Positions 20,785-30,026 of a stretch of 64,000 bases of DNA are shown piece after piece (positions within the stretch are counted from its first letter, which is position 1; every line of letters starts with the position of its first letter). Origin of the DNA: an uncultured Acidobacteriaceae bacterium (GTDB lineage: Bacteria; Acidobacteriota; Terriglobia; Terriglobales; Acidobacteriaceae); contig CAWBIO010000008.1 of the NCBI GenBank assembly GCA_963788905.1, forward strand, positions 129,022 to 193,021, given 5' to 3'. A program made the translations under genes and the position numbers. The notes beneath the pieces were generated by a model, which saw only the letters and a list, made by a program, of their open reading frames with translations, was not told where the DNA came from and did no database searches.

Positions 20785-21270
20785 GTGAAAAGCGGCTCCA
20801 GGTCCGAAGCGGCACATCACCCGGCACTTTTGCTGGCGTGCGGCAACTCGCTGCGCCAGGATGATGGCGTAGGGCTGAAGATCGCGGAAGCGGTGGAACG
20901 GCTGGTTCCGGCGACGCAGCTGCGGATCGTGGCGGCGCACCAGTTCACGCCGGAGATGGCGGCGGACCTGGCGGAGACCGACCTGGTGATTTTCGTCGAC
21001 GCCTGCGCGACCGATGAGCCGGGAGCGATCCGGGTTCTGCAGGTGGCGGCGAGCGATGCAGCCGTGGACAGCCATCGGCTGGATCCGCCGGCATTGCTGG
21101 GCCTGGCACAGACCTTGTGCGGTCACGTCCCGGCGAGGGCGTTTGCGCTGACGGTGGGTGCCGGGCATTTCGGATACGGCGAGGAGATTTCCGGGCCATT
21201 GCGCCAGGCGGTTCCGCGCGCGGTACGGCTGGTGACCAACCTGGTTACGGCGTTTGTTGGACAGGCGTAA
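20785..21270 (+). CDS. hoxW: Hydrogenase maturation endopeptidase HoxW
   Basis: 161-aa ORF with GTG start. ...LLLACGNSLRQDDGVGLKIAEAV... is typical of HybD/HoxW proteases. It sits immediately downstream of hoxH. Confidence 0.85.
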   Translation: MKSGSRSEAAHHPALLLACGNSLRQDDGVGLKIAEAVERLVPATQLRIVAAHQFTPEMAADLAETDLVIFVDACATDEPGAIRVLQVAASDAAVDSHRLDPPALLGLAQTLCGHVPARAFALTVGAGHFGYGEEISGPLRQAVPRAVRLVTNLVTAFVGQA

Positions 21271-21402
21271 TAGCTTTTCCGAAGCGGGGACGGTTGGGGC
21301 GGGCCTTTGGAAGCCTCGGTGCGCGAGGTGGTGATCTTCCGCACTGACACGCGAAGGTAATTAAGGGTATGCTGCCGCCGTTCTTAGAAAGCGGGAACGC
21401 GA

Positions 21403-22373
21403 ATGAAGGCGATCGTCCATTACGACTTCGGATCGGCCGATGCACTACGGTGCGAGGAGATCGAGAAGCCAACTCCGAAGGACAACGAAGTTCTCATCAA
21501 AGTTCGGGCGGTGTCGCTGAACCCGTTGGACTGGAAGCTGCTGAAGGCGAAGCCGGAATTCATTCGAGTCCTGATCGGGTTGCGAAAGCGAAAGGGCATC
21601 GGGGTGGATGTGGCGGGCGAGGTGGAGGCAGTCGGCCAGAGCGTGACGCAGTTCAAGCCGGGCGACGCAGTGTTTGGAGGAGGGCGGGGAACGGCGGCGG
21701 AGTATGCATGCGCTCGCGAGTCGAGGCTGGCGCTGAAGCCGGAAAATATCAGTTTTGAAGCGGCCGCGGCGACGTTCCGATTGCAGGATTGACGGCGTTG
21801 CAGGGATTGCGCGACAAGGGCCACATTCAGGCAGGACAAAAGGTTTTGATCAACGGCGCGGCGGGCGGGGTGGGAACATTCGCGGTGCAGATTGCAAAAG
21901 CGCTGGGCGCGGAAGTGACCGGCGTGTGCAGCAAGAGGAATCTCGAGCTGGTGCGATCGATTGGGGCGGATCACGTGATTGATTACACGCAGGAGGATTT
22001 CGCCAGCGGCCAGCAGAAGTACGACCTGATTCTGGAGTGCGTGGGGAACCGAACGCCGAAGGATCTTCGAAGGGCGCTGGTGGGGAAGGGAATCTGCGTC
22101 GGGGTGGGAGCGGCGCCGGACGTGGGATTGATGACGGTCCTTGGAGGGTTGCTGCGCATTATGGTGGAAGCGCCTTTCCGGAGCCCGAAGCTGACGACGT
22201 TCATGGCGAAGCAGAGCGGCGACGACCTGAGAGTGCTCGCGGAGATGCTGAGCTCCGGAAAAGTGAAGCCGGTGATCGACCGGCGGTATCCGCTGGAGGG
22301 CACTGCGGAGGGAATCCGGTATCTCGAAGAAGGTCACGCGCGGGGCAAGGTGATCGTCACTGTGCAATCGTAA
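21403..22373 (+). pseudogene. MDR-superfamily NAD(P)-dependent dehydrogenase / quinone oxidoreductase, one frameshift
   Basis: ORF 21403..21792 (MKAIVHYDFGSADALRCEEIEKP...GVDVAGEVEAVG...) is the N-terminal half. ORF 21789..22373 (...LINGAAGGVGTFAVQIAKALGAEV...GHARGKVIV) is the C-terminal half. They lie in different frames, with the junction at about 21771-21782. Confidence 0.85.
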
Positions 22374-22476
22374 CAACAACGGTTACAGTAAGGCCTTGTT
22401 GAAGACGGATCTGTAACAGCAGCAGTTACATAGACCCCAGGCTATCGTGCCTTCCCAGCCAGATCCACGCTCGTTT

Positions 22477-24012
22477 TTATGGCGTGCGCAGGCGCCAGTG
22501 ACGAACGTCTTTGGCGCGCGGCTCAGCGGGCAGGAATGGGACGCGATCCTTTTTGCAGATGGCGCGGATTGCGGGTCGTGCGCTCATGGGGCCGGAAGGC
22601 AGGCCGCCGCCGGGTGAAATCCACTGCCCGACCATCATGAATTGCTGCAGGCCGGGGAGAGTGTTGGGAAGCGGTCTGAAGCTGCCGCCCGGCGGCATGA
22701 ACCAGCCTTCCATACTGCCCTTCCAGTTGCCGGTGTAACGAATGACGGTGGCCGGGGTGGAGACGTCGATGGTCTCAACGGCCGCACGGATACCGGGAAT
22801 CCTGCGCTCCAGAACATCGATGACCGCCTCGGCGACGCGATGTTTCTCTGCGCTGTAAACATCCGGGTCGTTTTGCCGAAGGTCGACCCAATACCTGTAA
22901 TTGCGCGTCGCGAGAAAGGCCGTGACGGCGGTTCTGCCGGGGGGAGCGAAGGTGGGGTCGTAGTGAAAGAAGCGGAATCCAAGATGGGTCTGTTCGGTTT
23001 CGGGATCGACGCGCAGCGGTGTGTCGAGGACGCGAGTGGCCATCGCGGGCTGATCGGACAGATCGTGCGCGACGCCGAGAGAGACCTGGAGATAGGAAGG
23101 GAAGGTCTGCATCTCGTTGTAGATTTTGCCGATGGCGGAGCTGGTATATTTGCCGCCGAGCAGATCGTAGATGGCAGCGTGCCCGTCGGCAGCGGAGATG
23201 ACCCAGTCGGCCATGATGGTTTCGCCGCTTGCGAGCCGGACTCCGACCGCAGTGCCGTTCTCGACGAGAATCTGCTCTGCCTTCGCGCCGCAGCGCAGCT
23301 CACCGCCAAGACTGGATAGTTTCCGCTGGATGAGGTGGATGAGGGCCTGAGCGCCGCCGATGGAATAACCGGCGTCGCCAGAAGCCATCCACGCCAGCGA
23401 AAAGACCAGAGCGATGGCGGAGAGCTGGCCCATCTCGCCCTCGCCAAAAAAGCTGCGAATCAGCGGGTGGGCGAATCGTCTTCCATAAGTGCTGCAGCTG
23501 ATGTTGGCGTAGCGGCGCAGCAGGGGAAAGCAGGGAATATCGTGCAGGTAAGTGAGCCAGCGGGTAAAGAAACCTGCGCCGGGTGCGGGCATGCGAAATT
23601 TCGCGAGGGTACGAATAGCGTGGGTGAGGCGGCGAATCTCGGCCGTGTCCCTGGGTGAGCGGGCGAGAAGCTCCTGCTCCAGACGGTCAGGATTGGTCCA
23701 GATGCTGAGGGCTTCGCCATGCTCGTTTTCCATGCGCACGAATTCGATCGGGTTGATGAAGGTGAGCTGGTCGATGTCGCAGACCTCATGCCAGATCGCG
23801 TTGAAATCGCTGCCTGGCTTTGAACCGAGGAGCCAGTGGAGGCAGGTCTCGAAGGTATAGCCGCTGCGGCGCCAGCTGGTGGCCAGTCCGCCCGGGATCT
23901 CGTGCATTTCGAGAACGACCGTTTGGTAGCCGCACTTCTGCCCGTAAACCGCGGCGCAGAGTCCTGCGATTCCACCGCCGATGATGACGATCTTTTTGCC
24001 ATTGCGATCCAT
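22477..24012 (-). CDS. FAD-dependent oxidoreductase, phytoene desaturase (CrtI)-like family
   Basis: 511-aa ORF. Rossmann motif KKIVIIGGGIAGLCAAVYG...EMHEIPGG. The overall pattern is CrtI/CrtD-like. Confidence 0.85.
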   Translation of the reverse strand: MDRNGKKIVIIGGGIAGLCAAVYGQKCGYQTVVLEMHEIPGGLATSWRRSGYTFETCLHWLLGSKPGSDFNAIWHEVCDIDQLTFINPIEFVRMENEHGEALSIWTNPDRLEQELLARSPRDTAEIRRLTHAIRTLAKFRMPAPGAGFFTRWLTYLHDIPCFPLLRRYANISCSTYGRRFAHPLIRSFFGEGEMGQLSAIALVFSLAWMASGDAGYSIGGAQALIHLIQRKLSSLGGELRCGAKAEQILVENGTAVGVRLASGETIMADWVISAADGHAAIYDLLGGKYTSSAIGKIYNEMQTFPSYLQVSLGVAHDLSDQPAMATRVLDTPLRVDPETEQTHLGFRFFHYDPTFAPPGRTAVTAFLATRNYRYWVDLRQNDPDVYSAEKHRVAEAVIDVLERRIPGIRAAVETIDVSTPATVIRYTGNWKGSMEGWFMPPGGSFRPLPNTLPGLQQFMMVGQWISPGGGLPSGPMSARPAIRAICKKDRVPFLPAEPRAKDVRHWRLRTP

Positions 24013-24034
24013 GACGAACCTCCCTGGGGCAGGT

Positions 24035-24424
24035 TTAGTGTGCCGGTGCGAGGGTAGCCGGCTGGCGACTCAGAGCAATGCCGGAGAGGATGAGGACCAG
24101 GGCCAGAGCACTCATGCGAAGCATCACGCATTCCACGATCAGCCAACCAAGCAGAACGCAACCCTGGAAGGCGGCCCAGAGGCCGTAATTCCTGCTGCGC
24201 GCGACGACGAGCGAGAGAACCCATAACGGGAGCAGCCCGTTAGAGAGCAGCAGAACCATGCCGGGAATGAGCCAGGAATGAAAGGGTGAATACTGGAGGA
24301 GACTCAGCGGCATGAAGCCCCAGGGGTTTCCGTGGGCCTGGTCGATGAGGACGACGCCGCCCCAAATGGAACCAGCAGCGAGAACGGCCAGCAGGATGAT
24401 GAGCAGGATGCGGAGAGACTTCAT
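24035..24424 (-). CDS. Small membrane protein (about 4 TM), hypothetical
   Basis: This is the C-terminal 129 codons of ORF 24035..25375. It starts at an internal ATG 24424 (MKSLRILLIILLAVLAAGSIWGG...) with GGAG upstream. It looks like a separate gene that the upstream ORF reads into. Confidence 0.6.
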   Translation of the reverse strand: MKSLRILLIILLAVLAAGSIWGGVVLIDQAHGNPWGFMPLSLLQYSPFHSWLIPGMVLLLSNGLLPLWVLSLVVARSRNYGLWAAFQGCVLLGWLIVECVMLRMSALALVLILSGIALSRQPATLAPAH

Positions 24425-24510
24425 GGGGAGCTCCGTTCTTTCGGTGACGGAGTATAGTCGTGCCGCGACGGGCAGCCAGTGACGGCGGGCACAGGCGTGA
24501 CGGAACGGGG

Positions 24511-25375
24511 TTAGTGCGACTGGAGCAGAGCCTGGGGCTGGACCGGCGGTGCTCCGCCCGGCGGGACTGAGTATTGCGGGGGCTGCTGTCCAGGCGCTGG
24601 GCTGTGGGCGCTGATCCTGACTGGGCGGCGCCTGGCCGTGCGGCGGCGCATAGTGCGGGCGGGCCTGCAGCTTGAAGTCGTCGCGAATGACATAGAAATT
24701 CTGCTCGGGCAGGTCGGCTTCGAGCAGCATGCCTTCGCTGGTGTAGTAGAGCTCGACGGTAATGCCGTTCTGATCGCTGACCACGACGCTGGTATGGTGC
24801 GCGTCGACAGGCTGGCCGTGGAAGGTGCCGTGGACGGAAGCGCGGTCAGTGTAGAGCGTGGGGACGAGCAGACCTTCCTGCTTGGGAATAACGATCCAGG
24901 TGGTGGCGGGCTTTTCGATGGCGAAATGGACCATCGCCGTGTAGGCGGCGGGGTCGAGGTCGGGCAACAGCGCGGTGTGCTGATGGCGGTCAAAGGCGTT
25001 GGTCGTGGTTTTGCCGCTGGCGTTGATGCTGACCTGGAACTGGCGGCCGGAAGTGTCGGAGCCGAGCGTGAAGGTGACCTGCGCGCCGTTGACCTGGCCA
25101 CTGAGCTGATCGTGGACGATGTTGAGTGACGAGTCGAGGCGGTTGTCGTTGGAGAAGGTGTAGGTGAACTTCGGCATCTTCAGCTCAGCGTGCGAGGCGA
25201 TCTGGTAGCCGCTGGGCAGAGTGGTGACGTTGCAGTCGGCCGAACCGACGGTCTTGCCGTCGCTGGCCTGAACGATGGTGAAGTGGGACTGGCCTGCGGG
25301 GACGGCAGGCGCCTGGGCGAATGAGGCTCCGGCGAGAACGAAGGGAGCCAGGACAGAAAGCAGGGACACACGCAT
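24511..25375 (-). CDS. Secreted hypothetical protein with Pro/Gln-rich C-terminus; 3' end uncertain (possible frameshift about 24590-24605)
   Basis: Signal peptide MRVSLLSVLAPFVLAGASFAQA. After ...APPSQDQRPQPSA the annotated frame becomes Arg/Ala-rich junk and runs without a stop into the next gene. The adjacent frame gives PGQQPPQYSVPPGGAPPVQPQALLQSH* with its stop at 24511. Confidence 0.55.
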
Positions 25376-25480
25376 GGTTCGAGGAACCTTCCTGCACGAT
25401 TAGACACGAAATTCCGGAACAGGTTGCTGGAGACAGGTTGCAGGTTGCAGGACGCAGGACGCAGAACACAGGACCGCCGC

Positions 25481-26769
25481 CTATTGGAAGAGGCTGAGGT
25501 CGATGGCGTTGGCCATCGCATCGTAGCCCGGGTCTTTGGGATGGAGATGGTCGCCTGAGTCGTACTGCGCCGCGAAGACCAGCGGGTTGGCAGGGTCGCG
25601 GGTGGCTTTGTCGAAATCAATAACGGCATCGAAGACGCCGCTGGACCGAATCCAGTCGTTGACGGCTTCGCGGATCTGCTCGCCCTTATCAGTGAAGTAG
25701 CCGGCGCCCTTGTAGGGAGTGAGCGTCGCGCCGAACACCCTGATGCCGTGTTCGTGGGCGCGCGCCACCAGTTGGGCGAGGCCCTGTTCGAGATCCTCCG
25801 GCGGTGAGCATGTAGTTGGGGCGGTTGGGCTCGTGGAGAGAGCCGATATCGTTGATGCTTTCGAGAACGATGACGTACTTCACGCCAGCCTGAGCGAGGA
25901 CATCGCGGTCGAATCGCGCGAGTGCGTTGACGCCGACGCAGTGGATGAGGACGCAGTTGCCGCCGATGCCTTCGTTGAGAACGGAGAGAGCGGCGGTGGC
26001 GGGATTGTTGTTAAGGCGCACGGCGAGGTAATCGGGCCAGCGATGATTGGAGTTTTCAGTAACGTAAGCGCCGTCGGTAATGGAGTCGCCGAAAGCGACG
26101 ACGGCGGCGGCGTGCGGCGTGACGGGTTCGACGTCAACGCCTTTGAGGAAGTACCAGGACGTGACGGTGACCGGGGCGTCGAGGGACGGTTCGGCGACGT
26201 GGTTGCCGGTGAGGATGTAGTTGTCCTGCTGGGCGCCGGAATGCACGGAGACGTCGCTGATTTGCTGCAGGGGCAGGAAGAAGGTGACGGCGAGGTTCGA
26301 GAACGCGGGTGTTTCCATCAGGGACGGGATCGGAGAGAGCCTGCGCGCCGACGGGAATGACGATGGACGGGGAACCGGAAAAGGTGAGGGAGTGGAGCGA
26401 GGTGGGATCGATGGCGGAGCCACCGGTGCTGAGGGCGACGTTGGCCGCGTCAATGCGCAGGGGCTCGCGTGCCGTATTCATTGGTGAAGCGAATGCGCAG
26501 CGCCTTGCCGGCGAATCGAGGTATGGACGACTTCGCGGAGGGTCGAATCGACCAGAGTCGGGATAGTGTGCCAGGGATCGCCGTCGAAAGGCGAGGTAGC
26601 CCAGGTGCCGACCCAGGGTGTGGAAGCGTGTCAGCCTGGGCAGAGCAAACAGGCGTGGCCGCAGCGATTGCGAAGGCTGCTGCGAAACCGAAGCAAGCCT
26701 TGGCGTAACGGCGCGGAGCGACCCACGCGGTGAGACAGGATGCGACGTACGACGGACGACACTCGCCAT
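25481..26769 (-). pseudogene. SGNH/GDSL-type hydrolase, heavily degraded (at least 5 frameshifts)
   Basis: The pieces sit in three frames. Signal peptide ...FGFAAAFAIAAATPVCSAQA. Then TPWVGTWATSPF...TLREVVHTSI. Then GKALRIRFTNEYG. Then EPLRIDAANVALSTGG...SDPVP. Then ...AVVAFGDSITDG...NEGIGGN...LESINDIG. Then ...EDLEQGLAQLVARAHEHGIRVFGATL...GDHLHP.... Junctions lie at about 26620-26632, 26504-26516, 26460-26476, 26318-26330 and 25797-25803. The 5' end is uncertain. Confidence 0.85.
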
Positions 26770-26904
26770 GAAGGATGCCTCCGGGGCGGTCGGGGTTTTG
26801 GACGCTCCATCATAAACGCCGCAACAGGCACAAACGCCCTTTCCGCGCAGAAGGCTGAGGAAAGGGCGTTGGGGATTGGAGCCGGTTTGGCGTTGCGGGT
26901 TTGG

Positions 26905-27514
26905 CTACTTCTTCGCCTGCTCGAAGCGCTTGTTGATCTCGTCCCAGTTGACGACGTTCCACCAGGCGGCGAGGTATTCGGGGCGGCGGTTGTTGTACTT
27001 GAGGTAGTAGGCGTGCTCCCAGACGTCGTTGCCGAGGATGGGATAGAAGCCCTGGGAGAGCGGGCTGTCCTGGTTGGGGGTGGTGACGATTTTCAGCTTG
27101 CCATCCCAGATGAGCCAGCCCCAGCCGGAGCCGAACTGCTTCGCGGTGGTTTCGTTGAACTGCTTTTTGAAGTCTTCGAAGCTGGCGAAAATCTTTTTTG
27201 ATCTGTTCGCCGATGGCGCCCGTGGGATCGCCGCCGCCTTTAGGCTTCATGATGGCCCAGAACATGCTGTGGTTGACGTGGCCGCCGCCGTTGTTGCGGA
27301 CGACGGTGCGAACGTCTTCCGGCACGCTGTTCAGATTGCGCAGCAGGTCTTCAGCAGAGTGTTTGCCGAGGTCGGGATGCTTCTCGATGGCGCCGTTGAG
27401 CGCGGTGACGTAGGCCTGGTGGTGCTTGTCGTGATGCAGGTGCATCGTCTCGGAGTCGATGTAAGGCTCGAGCGCGGCGTAATCGTAGGGAAGAGGTGGA
27501 ACTTCGTATGCCAA
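26905..27514 (-). pseudogene. sod: Fe/Mn superoxide dismutase, one frameshift in a homopolymer context
   Basis: ORF 26810..27514 starts [36 protein letters not shown]... and is correct up to ...GEQIKKDF. The next frame then gives [42 protein letters not shown]...[41 protein letters not shown], with its stop at 26905-26907. The break is at about 27184-27199 (A6 ... T4 on the coding strand). Confidence 0.9.
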
Positions 27515-27740
27515 AGCAATCCTCCTTGCGGGATGTGAGGGTTTGGATGTTGTGAGGGCCTGCGGGGCAGGAAACGGAAAAGCAAGAGGGTGCCCGCGCC
27601 TTCTGCGCCTCCGATAATACTGGATGCGGAGTGAGGGGCGCAGGGTGCAGGAGAGGGGGCGGGGCGCTCTGGTGCGGCAGGGAAAGGGCGATCTGGTACT
27701 CCTGATGCATCGGAATCAACAACGCATCAAATTCGGAGAA

Positions 27741-27983
27741 ATGATGCATAATAGTGTTATGAGAACCACTGTGACCTTATCCGATGAAGCTGCGGAACTG
27801 GTGAATCAATACGCCGAGAGCGCACGAGTTTCGATCAGCCGGGCGGTCTCCGATCTGGTTGTGCGGGGGGGACGTACGAAATCGCGAGTCAAACTGGTCA
27901 ATGGCATTCCTGTACTCGACATCCCCGGCGGCCGCCGGATAACCACTGAACAGGTGAAGCGGTTCGAGGCCGACGAGTTTTGA
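27741..27983 (+). CDS. vapB: Type II antitoxin, VapB-like
   Basis: This is the C-terminal part of ORF 27624..27983, with ATGs at 27741, 27744 and 27759. ...MRTTVTLSDEAAELVNQYAESARVSISRAVSDLV... It has a 4-nt overlap with the PIN gene. Confidence 0.7.
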   Translation: MMHNSVMRTTVTLSDEAAELVNQYAESARVSISRAVSDLVVRGGRTKSRVKLVNGIPVLDIPGGRRITTEQVKRFEADEF

Positions 27984-28417
27984 GACCTTATCTGCTGGAC
28001 GTAAACGCCGTGTTGGCGATTCACTGGGTTCACCACGAATCGCACGGCCCTGCGCTGGAATGGTTCCGACGTGAGGGCGAGAAGGCGTTTGCGTTTTGCG
28101 CACTTACTGAAACAGGATTTGTACGCCTGCTCACCAACCCGGCCATCATGGGCAAGGCGGCGACGATGTCAGAGGCGAGGGAAGCGCTCGCGGGATTTGC
28201 CAGCCTCAAGGGCTATCGATATTGGCCCATCCAGAGGACATTTGAAGAGATGACTGATCCTTTTCGCGACCGGCTGCAGGGCTACCGTCAGGTAACCGAT
28301 GCGTGCCTTCTGGGCCTGGCGATTGAGCGAAAGGGGTCGCTGGCAACGCTGGATCGTGCGGTGCGGCATCTGGCGGGCAGCGATCTGATGCAGCATGTGA
28401 CACTGCTGGACGGGTGA
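27980..28417 (+). CDS. vapC: PIN-domain ribonuclease toxin VapC
   Basis: 145-aa ORF. MRPYLLDVNAVLAIHW...CALTETGFVRLLTNP...QVTDACLLGLAIERKGSLATLD, which carries the PIN acidic residues. TTG start overlapping the vapB stop. Confidence 0.85.
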   Translation: MRPYLLDVNAVLAIHWVHHESHGPALEWFRREGEKAFAFCALTETGFVRLLTNPAIMGKAATMSEAREALAGFASLKGYRYWPIQRTFEEMTDPFRDRLQGYRQVTDACLLGLAIERKGSLATLDRAVRHLAGSDLMQHVTLLDG

Positions 28418-28552
28418 CCCCTGACGGGGATTGCTCTTTTCCGCTGCGCGTCCGTTAAATTGGGAAGAGTGCCGATGGCATCTCGGGACAGACGCACCGC
28501 GTCCGGGTCCTGACAAAGCAATTCTGATTCAGGGAAGAGAACCGGCCTGACG

Positions 28553-29968
28553 TTGGCTCGATCCGCGATAACCCGACGAGAGCTGTTGAGGCGAGCCGGC
28601 GCCGCCAGCGCGCTGGCGCTGGGGTCGAGAGTCCTCGGGCAAAACCAGGCGCAGCAGCCGAAGGTTAAGGCAGGGCAGGAGCCGCAGCCGGAGTCGCAGG
28701 CCGCGCAGCAGTACCAGCATCCGCCCGGCGTGTTCATCAACCGGCCGCTGACCCAGATCACCACGGCTGCGGATACGCTGCTGGACGATCTGGAAGGACG
28801 GGCGGCTGACTTCTTCTACAACGAGGCCAGCCCGCGCACCGGCATGGTTCGGGACCGAGCGCCCGCCGCCGGGCTTTCGTTAAGCCGGGTTTCGAGCATC
28901 GCCGCAACGGGGTTTGGACTGACGGGGCTGTGCATCGCCCACAAGCGGAACTATCTGCGTGCCTATGACTGCGAGCAGCGCGTAGAAAAGACGCTGGCGT
29001 TCCTGCTGGAGGATTGCCCGCACGAGCACGGGTTTCTGTATCACTTTGTCGATATGGAGAGCGGGCAGCGGATGTTCGGCAGCGAGCTCTCTTCGATCGA
29101 CACGGCGCTGCTGTTGTGCGGGGTGCTGACCTGCCGGCAATATTTCGCGGGAAACCCGCGCATCGAGGGGCTGGCCACCACGTTCTACCGGCGCATTGAC
29201 TGGGAGTGGATGCTCAATGGAGGTCAGACGCTGGCCATGGGCTGGCTCCCCGACCAGGGATTTCTGAAGCATCGATGGGATATCTATTCGGAGCTGCTGA
29301 CGATGTATCTGCTGGCCATCGGGTCACCGACGCACTCGATTGGCGCCGCGAACTGGAACGACCTGCAGCGGCCGGTCGTGCAGTTCGGGGGAGTGGATTA
29401 CATCAGCGGCGTGGCCCCACTGTTTATTCACCAGTACGCGCATGCGTGGTGCGATTTTCGCAATGTGGCCGACCTGCACGCCAATTACTTTTCGAATTCC
29501 ATTGCCGCCACGCGGGCGCATCAGTTGTGGTGCCTGACCGAGAGCCGGCGTTATCCGTGGTTCGATCAGAATCTGTGGGGGATTACGGCTTCGGATTCGC
29601 GTGAAGGGTATCGCGTATGGGGCGGACCGCCGGCGATGGGTCCGCTGGACGGAACGCTGGTGCCGTGCGCGCCGGGAGGGTCGTTGGTCTTTATGCCGGC
29701 CGAATGCACCCATGTGCTGCTGAGCATGCGGGAGCAGTTTGGTGATCGCGTTTACACGCGGTACGGTTTTGTGGATGCCTTCCAGCCGCACGCTAACTGG
29801 TTTGCGCCGGATATTCTGGGGATCGATCAGGGAATCACGATGCTGATGGCTGAGAATCTTCGCGGAGGATTCGTCTGGGAGCAGTTCATGAAGAACCGGG
29901 AGATTACCCACGCGATGGATCAGGTGCAGTTCCACCGCGATCCCGATGCGACGATGCAGGTGCTGTGA
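28553..29968 (+). CDS. Secreted glycoside-hydrolase-like protein ('glucoamylase'/DUF3131, GH144-like; tentative)
   Basis: 471-aa ORF with TTG start. Tat signal TRRELLRRAGAASALALG. Resembles the putative beta-1,2-glucanase/glucoamylase family by eye (...SSIAATGFGLTGLCIA..., ...GFLYHFVDMESG...). The family call is tentative. Confidence 0.7.
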   Translation: MARSAITRRELLRRAGAASALALGSRVLGQNQAQQPKVKAGQEPQPESQAAQQYQHPPGVFINRPLTQITTAADTLLDDLEGRAADFFYNEASPRTGMVRDRAPAAGLSLSRVSSIAATGFGLTGLCIAHKRNYLRAYDCEQRVEKTLAFLLEDCPHEHGFLYHFVDMESGQRMFGSELSSIDTALLLCGVLTCRQYFAGNPRIEGLATTFYRRIDWEWMLNGGQTLAMGWLPDQGFLKHRWDIYSELLTMYLLAIGSPTHSIGAANWNDLQRPVVQFGGVDYISGVAPLFIHQYAHAWCDFRNVADLHANYFSNSIAATRAHQLWCLTESRRYPWFDQNLWGITASDSREGYRVWGGPPAMGPLDGTLVPCAPGGSLVFMPAECTHVLLSMREQFGDRVYTRYGFVDAFQPHANWFAPDILGIDQGITMLMAENLRGGFVWEQFMKNREITHAMDQVQFHRDPDATMQVL

Positions 29969-30026
29969 CGAACGGACGCGTCTGAAACAGGGGCCTTCCG
30001 TCTAACGGATTTGTCTGGAGGTCAGC

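Noticed and set aside
25419-25464. Short tandem repeats (ACAGGTTGC x3, AGGACGC x2) between the SGNH relic and the secreted-protein gene
   Set aside because: Only about 45 nt of low-complexity DNA with no spacer structure. It is not a CRISPR array or a coding repeat, and is probably slippage-type microsatellite sequence.
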